Assembly: GCF_022539665.2 (NCBI RefSeq)
Contig: NC_081333.1
Coordinates: 11,408,001 to 11,472,000 of the forward strand
Direction: 5' to 3'
Length of the DNA stretch: 64,000 bases
From: Daphnia carinata
Taxonomy: Eukaryota
Shown: piece by piece, positions 1 through 13,600 of the stretch
Layout of the letters: each line of letters opens with the position of its first letter
Numbering within the stretch: the first letter of the stretch is position 1
Translations under genes and position numbers: made by a program
The notes under the pieces: generated by a model
Database searches by the model: none
What the model was told of the DNA's origin: nothing
What the model saw: only the letters and a program-made list of their open reading frames with translations

Positions 1-3000
1 AGGCGTGATCAAGCGCTCGGGTTCGTTCAGCGGCTCGGGAAAGAACACGCTCCCAGCGATGTTGAACGCTGATGAGGAGATTCTTGATTAGGATCACGTC
101 TTGTTTTTGGCTGAAGTACTTCAAGTGTGTTCCCTTCTTGTCCAAGCTAAGCATGACTTCGCGCTGGGCCGCAATGTCCTTCTGGAAGGATTTGTGCTCC
201 TCGATCTGAGAGAGGACGGTCTCCATGACGCGCGAGGCGGGTTTGAGCCCACCCAATGTCTTCTCGGCGTTTGTCAGCCAGTCGATGAAAGCTTGCAAGG
301 CATCGTGGAACTCGGTGGCCTCCTTGAGAGCAATCTCCAACTTGATTTTCTTATCGTTGGCACGATTCATCACGTTGTCCCATCGCTGCTTCAATGTTCT
401 TAGATTATGCTGCAGAGAAGAGGCCGCTCCATCGGTGGAACGTTTCACGTAGTCGGCACCACGCTGCAAACAGCTCTCGACGAGGGGTCGGTCGTGCTCC
501 AGGTCGTTATAAACTTCCATGAAGCGCTGAAGCTGCTCTGAAGCAGTTTCGGGTAAACCACCCACTGGCTTCGACATGGAGAGGGCGCCATCAATTTCGT
601 TCAGCCAAAGCAACAGGTCTTGGATTTCGGCAGTGAATTTCTGTGCCTCCCGCAGAGCATCTTCCAATTCCTGTTTTTTTCCAAAATTAAAAATTGGCAA
701 ATGAAATACAATCAAACGAAACGCTAACACACTCTTACCTTTTGACGGCTGGAGGCCTTTTCAACTAGATCACTCCATTTCTTGTTGAGAAGCACCAAAC
801 GTTGCTGGGTTTTGTTAGCATCATCGGATCCCTTGCCACTCTCAACCAATTGGCGACCGGCATCGTTCAACGTGTCGACACTGGTTTGATGGGCTTGGAT
901 GTCATTGATCAACACTTTGAGCTTAGCCAACTCGACTTCGATGACATTTGGATCTCCAAAGACGGGCTTCAACTCATCCAGGGTAGTGTCAGTGCGCTGG
1001 ATCCAGACCAACAGCTCATTTAGAGCGTGTTGGAACTGTCCAAGACGCAGCAGAGCGTGTTCCAACTCTCGTTGCCTGTCGACAACTCCGCGCAAGAGAT
1101 CTTCCCAGCGTCGGTTCACCTTGGCCAACGGTTCCTTCAAACGAGCAGCTTGATCGGGAGAGGTGCGATCTGCCAGATCGCCAGCTTGCCTATAAAATAG
1201 TGTAAAGATAATTTCAAATTTCTTTCTTCTTTTAAACTGATGCGGCGTGAAAGCTAAGGGCGACGGAGATACGAAAAAGATTTATGAAGGGTTGAAGTGA
1301 AGATGAAATAACAAAGCGTCAATTGATGTTTATCGGCTGCTCAAATCGTGCAGCAACCAATCCCGAAGGAAATTTTTTTTTTGTTTACAAAGCGATTGCA
1401 TGCCCTCATTCCGTAGGGAGGGAAAATGACTTGCCTGTTTAGACTCCTGAGAAGGGTCAATTTGAGGAGGGAACCAAAACCAGGAATGTGATCAGTGATA
1501 AATGTTTGATTATTTTGATTTGTACTCTTATTTACTACGTAAACGACTCTCATTATTTCTATTGTTTTTATCAGAAAGTTATTTTAAATGCCGAACACCA
1601 AGTATTTCACACCATTATGGACGTTATTGTAAGTTTGACAATAAGAAGAATTGTATACCTGTTGAGTGTCTCCACTTTGACCATTTGTGGGTCAACCTCG
1701 GCTTTGAATGCTTTGAGTTGTTCGATCTGTTCTTTGACCGTCTCAATGTCGGAACCGAGAGGACGCATTCCGTGGAACTTGTTCTCCGCTTTCTCCAAGA
1801 ACTCAGCCAGGCTCTATAATATCAACAAGATTTAGTTTCCATGTCGAAACAATATCATGACAATTAAACTTACGTTGAGCGTGTCGTGGTATTCCATGGC
1901 CTTCTCCATAGCGTCGATGAGGTTCTCCTCGCGCTTGGCGTAAAGGGCAGTGATATTATCCCAGGCCGAATCCAACTCTTCAATGTGTTTCTTGACTTCC
2001 GGTTTGTCGGGTTCGCCACACAAGCTGATGAGCTCTTGACCGACTTGGCGGCAATGCTCCACCTCAGGTTTGGTTTGCTCAATATCGGTTTTGATGTCTT
2101 GAAGAGTGGCTTGTTGTTGGTGAATCTTGGCCGGCTCGACTGCTGGTGGTTCTTGGCTGACCAATGTGTCTTGCAGCTCTTTGAGCGCAGTCATAACAGC
2201 TTGCAACTCTTCCCAGAAGCGCTCGGCGACGGCCAAAGCCTCTTCCAAAGATTTGCCGCGCTCCCCAGTGGCAGCCACAACCGTGTCCCACAGTTTGGAC
2301 AACTTCTTCAGTTTGCCTTCTATGTCTTTCACGGCGGGATCTGAAGGGTTCTTCACGATTACTTCGTCAGCAGCTCGTTTCACGGCCTCAAATGCGGATT
2401 CTCTCTTTTCGAGGTCTTCGACAACAGATTGATTTTCTTGCATTTGTTCCTGGATTTTGTCAGGATGGGCAGACACAGGCTCGGCTGATTTTACCTGCTC
2501 GAAGGCGGTGGCCAATGCGGCAAGCATGCCATCAAGTTTGTCTGAGAATTGGCTAGTTTCTTGCAAAGCCTCTTCCAGAGCTTGTTGGCGCTCACGCAAG
2601 CCCGATCGCAAAGCAGCATACCTGTAAATCAGAATTTAACTAGTAATTCATAATCAATAAGCGAAATGTTTAAAGATGATTTACCTGGCATTGTCCGATT
2701 CGAGGATGTCGTGAACCTTGACGCCCTCTTCTTCGATGCACAACTTGGCAAGGGTAGTGCCCGTCTTGTTGAGTTTGTCAAAGAGTGGCTTGTGCTCGGC
2801 AACGTCGGCCATGAGAAGTTTGTTGCCTTCTTGCTGGCGGACGATCTGATCGGGGCGGATGGCAGGGTCATCCAGACTTGACAAAGCTTCCTCAATTTCG
2901 CCTAGCCAGTTGGATAGATCGGAATGGGCTTCGTAGAAATGCTCAGCTAGAGGCAATGCTTGTTCTAAGATGCTCAATCGATCAGCACTCAATTCCGAGA

Positions 3001-6000
3001 CGCGATCTCTTGTTTCCTGAACGACAGAAGAAAAACATCGATTAAATTTCATATTAAAAGTGAAATGACGTAGTTCCTAACCTTAAGGTCTTCCATTTTC
3101 TCCCTAATGAATGCCGAATCCTCAGTTTGAGGCGATTCACGAAGCACTTTTTGCGCTGCTGATAGAATATCGCGAACGCGTCCTTTTTGGGTGGAGATTT
3201 CATCACCGATGACTTTGTGTTCTTTGAGCTGGACGCGGATGACCTCCGGATCAGAGCTAGGAGGTTCGGATTCTCGCAGTTGTTGTTCAGTTTCACGGAA
3301 CCAGTCTAACAATTCATCAAGATCTCCCACGACTTCCATTGAGCGTTGCTTCGACAGATGCAATCGCTCAGCCTTTCGCTGGATTTGTTCGCAAATGGCA
3401 TCGAACCGGCGATTGTCACGTGTTATCAACGACTCGATGTACGCAGAACCCTCACCTACGAAAAACAACAGAATGTTAACAGTGAACCATCGAAGGGTGG
3501 TGTCGTAAAAATAATAATACCTGGGCATCTCTGACAGAGCTGAGGTCCACTCTGATTAACCATATCTAAGAAAGGTCTGACCTCACTCAATTCGCTTTCC
3601 AAACGAGCGATGATGCTTTCCTGGACGTCCAGGCCAGCGCTCCCTCCTGAAGCCGCCGACGAAGAATCCAAGGCTTGCAGGCGATCTTCAGCGTCCAATA
3701 ACCAATTGGCGAGGCGATTGTGCGATACATGGAACTGCTCAACGAGCGGTAGGGTCTCCTGGGCGTGTTTTAACAAATCATCAGCCCTTCCAGTTAAATC
3801 TGTGTAACGACGCTGAACTGAATCCAGTTTTTCTTTCAGTTGCAGAGCTTCTTCATTGGTGATGTGGCGCATAAGTTCCAGGCCCGTGTCAACGACAGAT
3901 TCAACTTGAGGTTGATGTCCAGCCACTTCTTCAGTTAGGTACATCAGTTCCTCCATCTGTTCTTGTAATTTCTCAACGTGAACGGATAGGATTCGGTACT
4001 TGAACAACTTGGACTCCATGCTCTCCATCCAGGCCAACAAGTCTTCGTAGGATAGAACCAAATGCCTCAAGCCAGTCTTGGCATCACTTAGCAGCCGTCC
4101 TAGGGCCTCTGAATTCTCTACCAAGGCACCATATCGATCAGTTAATTCTGTCAGGCGGTCTGCGAGCACGCTAGCCTCTTCTTCTCCGACCAGTGACATC
4201 AAGTTTGTAGCAATATCAGTCAGGCTATCAAAAGCAGGCTTTTTGCTGAGAATGTCATCGTGCAGCAGATCGTGCTCTTCGATGCGCTGTTGGATCTTTT
4301 CTTCGTCAGTGGGTACGATCTCCATATCTTTGATTTTGCGTTCCATCTTTTCTAACCAGTCAGCAATGGGCGAGAACTTGTCTTGGAACTCCTTGGCTAC
4401 CGCCATTGCTTTCTCTAGAGCGTCCATTCTATCATCGGCGCCGTTGGTTAGAGCGTCAAATCGAGCCACCAGCTCTTGGAGCTGCTCCTCAATTTCCGCT
4501 TGTTCTTCAGGGTGAGCGTGGTTGGCAATGTCCTGACCCATGTCGAGCAGGGAAGACATGGACTGCTGACGATCCAACAGAAGTTTCTTCAAGAATTTCT
4601 GCTCCTGCAATTGGGCCTTGACCACCTTGTAATCAGCTGATGGCGGTTTCTGGTTGGCAACCATCTCTTCTGTGTCGGAAAGCCATTTGGACAAGCCCTG
4701 GAGAGCGAAAGTTCATTGTTAACAATTAAACTAATCATTACCAATTTATATGAATAAAACCTGGAGAGCTTCTTGGAACTTTCCAGACTGGAGGAAGGCC
4801 ACGTCTAGTCTGCGCTCGCGGTCGTTGAGCTTCTCCTTCAAGTTGTTCCAGCGGTCGTTCATCTTCTCCAAGTCGGATTCAAGAGCCGAGGTAGAGACAC
4901 CGTTGGCGGCCGACTGGACCAAACCTTGGCCACTGCGATTGGCTTCGTCCAAATTTTGGCTCAGCGGAATAATGAGTTCCTGCTTGAAGCGACGGAATTC
5001 TTCTTGCTGTTGGCGGACCAATTCGACGTCACCGACGATGGGTTTGAACGCCCGTTCTTCATTGGACGCCTAAATTGAAACGATGTTGATGTCAAGAAGG
5101 CAAATAAAACTTGCTTTAAAACGTGTACCTCCTCGATGTGTTGCATGATGTTACTGTGCAGATCGTAGAAGCTCTCCACACGAACAAGCGTTTTCTCCAG
5201 TTCGTCAAGTCGATTCTTACCACGATCTTCCAAACGAGTAGTTTGTTTACGTAACGATTCGAGCTGATCGCGCAAACCTTGGGCGTCGGGAGCGTGGCCC
5301 TCGGATACGAGATTTTGGCCATCAGTTGCAATTGCTTCAACTTCAGCCTGGCGAGCTTCAAGCTTAGCCAAGAAGTGATGCGTTTGATCCAATTGATTAT
5401 TCAACGTATCCAAGTCTCTTCCAGCTGGTGACATTGAATCCAACTCTGTTTCGAGAGTGGACAAATCTCCTAAAACCGCCTTGACATGTTCCTGTATGGC
5501 AAAAACGATGTTATTATTAAATAATCAAACTGGTGTAACAAATGAAACATACATTGAACTGTAAAACGGCAACAGAGGCCGTTTCCAGCATGTTACAGCG
5601 ATCCTCAAGGTGTGCTCGTAGTTCAGAATAGCGTCTGGCAAGATCCTCAGCCTGATCCTGAATATGGCTTGCATTAGAATCGTGGCTGGCAGCATCGGCT
5701 ACTAGACCAGAAGCATATTGCTGGACGCGATCGACTCCCTTTTCAAGCTGGACGGCTTCATCCAAGAGCGTTCGGATGCGATCAAGTAGCCTGGAATCGC
5801 GTGCTGCAGGGCCCAAGGCATCATGAGACGATAGACGATCTTCGCAGCGTTGCATGGCGTGCTGTGAGTCACGCAACAGTTCGATGAACTCGGCCAAACG
5901 CTGGGCGATGTCCTCCAACGATTGAGAACGTTCCAGGACAGCGGCGTTGATCTGATCCCAACGTTCCTTCGTGATGGTAAGTTCGCTTTTGACACCTTCC

Positions 6001-9000
6001 TTGTCAACATCACAGGCCGATAGGAAAGACTCGCCGAGCGATTTGTTCGTTTCGAACGTGGCGCTGTGCCTGGAAATATCATTACGGAATGATTGTAGAT
6101 CCTTCACCTGAGCATCCAAATCGCTCTTCTTGAAAGCAACTGGTTGCATTTGATTGAGTTTCGCTTCGGCTTGGTCGAGCCAAGGAAGGAACATTTCTTG
6201 TGAACCGTCGTATTTGCGACAGAGTTCCATGCACGTTTGCAATCGTCGGTGACGACTGACAGTCTCCAGGCGAACCTTGTTCCAATCTCCTCTGATTTTC
6301 TCCAATAATTTATTGAACGCCTTGGCGTCGTTTTTGTTTGGCGATTGGTTCGCCAGTTCTTGTCCCTTGTCCAGCATCATGATGACTTCATGTTCTTTGT
6401 CCATGACTTCTTTGTAGGCCGGCTCGTTTTCTTGCAATTGGCGACGCAAAACATCGCGATCAGCGGAAACTTTGAGCGCTTCAACGAGCAGACGTGCACA
6501 ATCGCCCAGCCATTCTTGTAACTGTCCGCACTGATCTTCGAATTCCCTGTTATCCTTCAATAAATTCTCGAGTTCCGCACGTCGATTGTCCAGCTTCTTC
6601 TGAAGTTGAGCGTGCATTTTGTCGATCTGACTCAACTTCTGAGCTACTTCCGCTTTGGAAGAGGCATCGCTCAGTACGGCGCATAATTGTTCACCTACGG
6701 TTTCGAGTCCAGCAATCAAAGGCCGTTGACTTTCAAGTTGGTCTTGTAAATCTTCGAGATGTTTAAGTATCTCTTCGGGGTACACATTTTCGACAGCCAA
6801 TTCTTCCAGATTATCGGAAATCTTTTGAAGAGCATCCTGCAGCTGGCCAAGATTAGCGTAAAACTGGCGACTTGTGCCGGACGCTGCATCCAAATTTTGT
6901 TTGCGTTCTTCGAGACGACCTATCAAGTCCGACCATTTGGCTGAAATCGAAACGACCTTATCGTTCACCTTGCGTCCGTCATTGGAATTGGGTTCGGCAA
7001 TCTCTAGGATCACATCGGCTAGACGTTCCAAATGCTGAACCTGCGGCTCGTGTACCTTGAACTCCTCGCGCAAGACTTGAACCTGCTGCAGTTGGTGATG
7101 GACCAAACGCGGGTCGGAGGAGATTGGGCCGAGGACGGACATCATACGATCCTTGGCGATCAGCCAAGCCGACAATTGATCATGCGTATCGTGGAAATCT
7201 TTGACGTCTTCCAGAAATTTGGAGCGAGCCTTGCACCGATCCTGCAGATCCTTCCAGCGACCAGAGACGGTCATCAGCTGATCTTGCAGAGCATCGGCAC
7301 CAGGGACACCACTCTTTCTGCGAAGGAGCTCAGTAACCTGGATCTTAAGGCCGTCTAGTTGTGGTTGCTTATCGTACATGTCTTCCAAAACATTTTTGAC
7401 ACTTCTCAACTGCTTCTCGGCATCGTCTCTCGTTTGAGGGACGGCCGAATCGCGAGGCAACTGGCGCTCTACTTTGTCCAAGAAGGCAGCCAGCGTCTTC
7501 AGCACGTCGGCGTGTTTTTTAGCTTCCTCTGTCATCAATTCCAATTCGGCTTTACGGTCATGAAGCTTCGAGCCTAACTGGCCGTAGCGATCGTAGATAT
7601 CAGCAATTTGCTTCTGGACGATGGAAGAATCTAAAAAAAAAAAAAAGAATCATCGAGTTAGATTTGCAGATTAAAATCATTAGAAATAAGCATCCGCCTT
7701 CGTTCAGGCCGTTAAATTGAAGAAGCGATGTCGGGCCAAGTTTAGCCTTTTATAATTATTGATAAAGATTATTGCAAGCAAGAAAAAAAAAAGCCGGAGT
7801 TAAAAAATAATGCGCGTGTTAAAATCAGTGAGCTTTAGACGTATTATCCACGCCGTGCGTTCTGGCCAAAGAAGCCTGGTGCTTCATTTTTTTTTTTGGT
7901 TGGCGGAGGATGTTTTTTTTTTGGGGGGGACTATCTACCTTCCATGCCGAAAAAGTCTTGGGATGATCTTCGGCTACCGAAGCCACTGGAAGCGACGCTG
8001 TTGATCAACGGACTCAATGGTGCCCCCATACCTACTTTAATCGGTGACGGACTGCGCAAGTCTTGCGATTGACGGCGCAAATCTTGCGATGGTCGGCGTG
8101 AATCTTGCGAAGAGCGGCGCACTACAGACATAACACGTCAACGCTTTCTCTCGCTATATGTACACCTTACGCTTATGATTCATCGAGTGTCTCTACATAA
8201 CACTGGCTAGCGCTTCTATACATTAAAGACAAAATATAAGAATAATACTTACGAGTTGTAATGGAAGACCGTTTCGAAGGCGAGACGATGCTCGGTTTGC
8301 GAGATGTATCTCCGGCGGGCCGGGACATGTTTTCATAAGCTGTGCCAAGATCAGCGACCCGACTAATGGTGGTCTCGTAGTCGCGGTACTCTTTCATGAT
8401 TGGCTAACAATTCAAAAAATAAATAAATAAACAAAATAATAATAAAAAGGAAATATCAATGAATGTACTCGGAGTTCATCCGTCTGTCGCTTCAGGATGT
8501 CTGCATCAACGGCAACAGGCTCGAGCGCGTCCACTCGTCCTTCGTTTTTGGTCAACCACTCAAGCACTTGATCGCGGAGTTTCTCGTACGTGTGGAGCTG
8601 ATCGGTTCGGGCTTTTCCGTCCTTGAGGCTTTGTTCGATGATTGTCGACAAATCCTTCCATTGCATCTCCAATGCTATATAAATAACACAGTTGATTAAA
8701 TGTGCTGAATTCGATTTGAACAATGCAAGAGTTTTACTTTTGATTTTTTCTTTAATTGGGGTAGTATCGGCGAGGTCTTTCTTGATGACTAATGTCCTGC
8801 CAATTTGGAGCATGTTGTCAAAATTCTCTCGGCGTTGATCCTTTTGTTGAGAAATGTCTTCAATCCTAGAGCTAAGCTGCTCGGCTTCGTCTTGATCGGA
8901 CGAGTCAAGGATTTCCCAAACTTGTTGGTACCATTCATCGAACTGCGTGACCGAGATGATGAAAGTATCCAGCGACTTGTAGATTTCTTCCAACACGTAT

Positions 9001-10669
9001 CCACGTTTGACAACCTTATCTTGGAGTTTCTCGTATCTGTAGGGGGGAAAAAAATGTTAGGTACAGAACTATTGAAATTCCAGGCAAAGGAAAGTCTACC
9101 TTGAATTCATGTCTTTCATTTTGGCTTCAATCTTGCGAGCCACACGTGCATTATCTGGATTAGCAACGAGTGCAGCAGCGGCTTCGTTGATGCTCTCAAA
9201 GCCAGCACGATGGCTATCAATGTCAGCTACCAACACTCGATGTTCTCTCAGCTGTTCATCTAGACGATCCTTATTCAAACTGGTTGGTTTCGTCATATTC
9301 CTAGAAGAAACAGAAATCAATTAGAAATACTTGTACAAATCTTGTTTCGTGATGACGTACTTGAACTGATTCTCAGCCTGGCTGAGCCAGTTGGCCAAGG
9401 AATCCAGGGCTTCTTGGACATCTTGACTCTGTACGAGAGCGTTGTCCAAGAATTGGCACTTGTCGGCCAAGGCATTCAGCAATTTCTTGTAGCGATCCTG
9501 AATATTAGCTTGGACACTTTCGAGATTGCTGCGTTCCACTTCTGACACATCGCCATCCAAGGCCGTCAACAGGCTCGTTGCTGCCTGGACGGTATGATTG
9601 ACCAATCGCTCATTGGCCATGACGTCATTATTGAGAGCTTTGGCACGTCCAAGTTGATCCTCAACGGCTTTGGGCTCGGCACCCAGTGGTTCATTAACAA
9701 TTTTCGTGGCTTTCGGTTCAACCTCTTTGAGCCAGGCTTTGGCTTTGGTTACGATTTCCTGATAATCTTTGTTTTTGCTATTGATATCAGTCATTTTGTC
9801 CGACAATCTATTGGCTCGCTTCATCAACGTCTAGCGGGAAAGAAAAAGAATCGAAAGTTAAATGGCTGTAGAAGTGTAAAGTAGAAAAAACAAATGTACC
9901 TGGTAATCTTGAGTAACTTCAACCACTTCGGCCTTGACCATCAACTCAGACGGCTCGATGTGTCTCATTCGCTGCGGGAGTTTATCGCGGAAATCGTTGA
10001 GGACGGCAAGGTATTCCATGGATTCGTCGACAAACTTTTGGGCTGCCATGGTGATGAAACGCAGATCAGCCTGGTGAGCGATGACGTCGCTGAAGAATTC
10101 GCGAGTCGTGTCAGCATTGGCTTGAACTCGGCTGAGGTTTGCCAACTGTCGTTCTTTGTCTTCTGCCAACTTGTTAGACTTGACCATCCACGTCTTGAAG
10201 TTGGTGATTTCCGTGCGGAATTTGTGCAACTCGTCCAGAGCCGTCGAGACCTTGCGGAGAAGTTTTTCCGTCTGATCTGTTCCATGGTCGTAGCGTTTCT
10301 TCAGCTCTTGACCTTTGCCTTCGAGTGTTTGGATCTCATCGGCCGATAGGAATTCCCCACCTTGGCTGACAATCTGCCGGACCTGATCCAGACAGGCGTT
10401 AACCGGACGGGAATGTGATTCCAAATCATCACGGACACCCTATAAGATTATTTTATAAAGACAATACATAAAATGCAAAAATTTCAAAAGAAAATGGGAC
10501 TAAAAAAATTAAAAATGATTACTCTGATAACATTAATTTGATTTTTCAATTCAGCGACATCTTCGCGGACCGTGTCTTGATTGGCCAGCTGAGCTTCAAC
10601 GTTAGAAATCCACACTAGCAAACGTGCCATGCCATCATCGCACAGCTTGTACCTTTCCTCCATGGCTTG
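1..10669 (-). CDS. shot: shot spectrin-repeat rod exons (continue past the window start)
   Basis: About 19 exons separated mostly by ~55-85 nt introns. They encode helical repeats with the conserved Trp pattern (LxxWLxxxE...RW/RYxxL). Confidence 0.95.
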
Positions 10670-13600
10670 CTATAAATTGATGATAAAAACGAACGCGTAA
10701 AATGCCGGATCAAGGCAAAAGCAAAAATTCAAAATCATGTTTTTATCACGAACAAAAAAAAAAAAAACTACTTGGGTTATTCTAATAGACAAGCATTCAA
10801 AAACAGACAAGCACACACACACACACACACACACAAACGTATACTAAAATTCTAAAGGGGGCATTGGCACACCTTTCATCTTTCATCATTTCGACAATTA
10901 GTGTTATATATCCTTCACCCTTCCACCAGATTTAACGATTAAGACGGAATTAAACGTTCAACTGGATGCGAGTTAGCAAACTATGATTAGTAGAATAAAG
11001 GGTATTTTTATTCCACATGTTTTAAAACATGAGTGGTAACCTTAACCGGAAACTTTGGGACGTCTAACCGATCTGTAGAGGGGCGGATCTTTTTAAGAAA
11101 CGTATTAAAAAAAAAACCACTTGGAGGTTATCCCGTATTAAGTTAGCAGGGATGATGGAAGCACTTGTTTTAACACACATAAAAGAAAAGGGGTAGCAGG
11201 TCGTACCGAGCAAGCCATACCGATAATATAACCGGATGCTAGCTAGGCTTACCCGGGCAGAAGTCGTCAAGAGGAATCCTTTGGATAAGGCTTCCGCCAA
11301 GTTCATGTTGGCCAATCGGCCAGTTGAGGCATTCACTAGGCCTTCTTCAATGGCCTGTATTATGGACAGAATGCGACCTGTTTCGGGGTCTTTGGCCAAG
11401 TTAGTGGAGAAATCCAGAAGGGCCGTATCGACAACTTCGGCAAGAGTTAACGAGCGCTGGGTAAAGGGATCGGAAAAGCGGCCCGTTTCGATGTTGTAAA
11501 GTCCGAATTCGATGGCTTCGATTAGCGAGAGTTGGCGTTTGGGAGTGACGATCAGACCTGTGGCTAACGCTTCGCTAAGGGTCACTTGTTTGCCGCTTGA
11601 ATTGTCCAGTACGAGACCCTGATCTGCATCGACTATGGCCAGCTCGAAAGCGGCCGACAACTTGAGCAATTGCCTATGCAAATTGTCCCTAACTAAGACG
11701 GAATCCGAGTTCAAACAACCGAACGCAACGGCCTGTTTCAGATTCAATTCTTCGTTGCTGGCCGGCTCCATCAGTCGGGCAATTTTCAAGTTGAATTGAC
11801 CTTGTTCTATAGCTTCATCGAATCCGATCGTCTGCCGATGGAACACGACCGTGCCTTGTTCGAAAATGATGCACAGGGGACCCAAATGGCCTGTCTTTCG
11901 GTCCACCGTGGCCCGTTTGCGCATATCGACGATGCCTTCGTTAACGGCCCGTTTGACCGTCATAAAGTTTCCTGTTTGTGGGTTCTTGATAACGGCTGAT
12001 TGCGGGTCAATCAGTTCGTGCCGGATGGCTTCTTCTAGGGTGTGTCGGCACGATGTGCGTGGATCGATGAACGTGCCAACATTCAAATCAATAGCGCCAT
12101 CGCGGACCGCTTGATTGAACGTTAAGGGCCGATCGACGGTGACGATCACATGCTCTTCGACGGCCGTTTCCAGGTTCATGGAGCGCTTGCCTCGGGCCTC
12201 GACAACTCTTCCTCGAACTCCATCAATGTCTCCGTCTTCAATGGCGCTATTAAGGCTTTTAAGGCTACCAGTGGATGCGTCCTTGAGGGCCGTGGTGGAG
12301 CCATCAATCAGCCCGTGTTCCAGCGCTTGGTTCAAGTCTAATAAATCACCGACTGATGGATCGACAAATTTGCCCGTCTCGTGCGCATAGAGGCCATTTC
12401 GGATGGCTTCCTCCAGCGTCAGGCCCGACTTTGACGTCACGATGAAACCGCGTTCCAAGGCTTCGGGGAAGGTCATGTCGCTACTGCCCGGCAGGCAATA
12501 CGCGTTGCGTTCCGCATCAATCAATCCGATGCGAACGGCTTCGTCTAGTTTCATGTAGCGGCCCGTCTTGCCATGTTTGACGATCGACTTGGTCGCCTGG
12601 ATCAGGTTTTCTTTGCAGGCCACGTCCAAATTGAGACGACGGCCGTTGGTCGGGTGGAAAAAGCAATTGCGATGCCTATCGAAAAAGCCGACACGGACAG
12701 CGTCGTAAAGCGAGAACGGCTGTTCGATATCTAGAATGTATTCACGTTCCAGCGCCTTGTTCAACGGCATTTCCAGCTTGGATTGCGGAAGACGAAACAA
12801 ACCCGTTTGGCGATCGATGATCCCGTTGCGGCAAGTTTCAGCTAAACTCAATAGATTGCCCGTTTGCCGTTCGAAGAAACACGGCAAGAGAGGGTGCAGG
12901 ACACAACGTCGAAGAGCTTCGTGGATTGTGATTTTCCGGCCGCTGTTGGGATCGGTAACGCGGCCCGTCGCTTCATCGTAAAGACCTTGATGGATCATCC
13001 GCTGAATAGACACAGGTGCTTTGCTATCGACAATCAACTCGTTAGCGAACGCTTCGGCCAGCGTGTACTCCCTGCCGCTGGTCAAGTCCTTAACGCGTGT
13101 CGTCTGCCCGTCAATCATGCCTAACGCAATGGCCGTCGTCAGGGAGGTCTTGCGCAAGAAGCCACAGCGCGTGTCTTTGACGTGGACCGATTCCGGATCG
13201 ATCAGTCCGCTTTCAATGGATTCGACAAGCGACAGCCATTGTCCTGTCAAAGGGTCGAGGAAGAGGCCCGTCTGATGATTGAACACTTCTTTGACCATGG
13301 CCTCGCTGAGGAACAGAGGCCGCTGGACTTCAATGAGGAAGCCTCCGTCGAGCGCTTGTTGAAAATCGATCGTCTGCTTGGCTGAAATGCGCAGCGTTCC
13401 TTGTTTGACGTCGATCAGCTGTTCGCGTACGGCTTGTTCGAACGTGACCACATCGCCCGTTTTGAAGTTGCGCACCAAATTGGCCGTCGAGTCAATGACA
13501 CCACTGCGGATGGCAACGTCCGTCGGTAGTTTGGGTTTACGAACTTCAGAGAGCGTTGAGAAACGTCCCGATTTCATGTCGTACATCCCCTTGAGCAAGG

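Noticed and set aside
8165..8220. Good-looking gtaagg donor suggesting another small exon between 8253 and 8121
   Set aside because: Every upstream AG I tried gives a frameshift or an in-frame stop.
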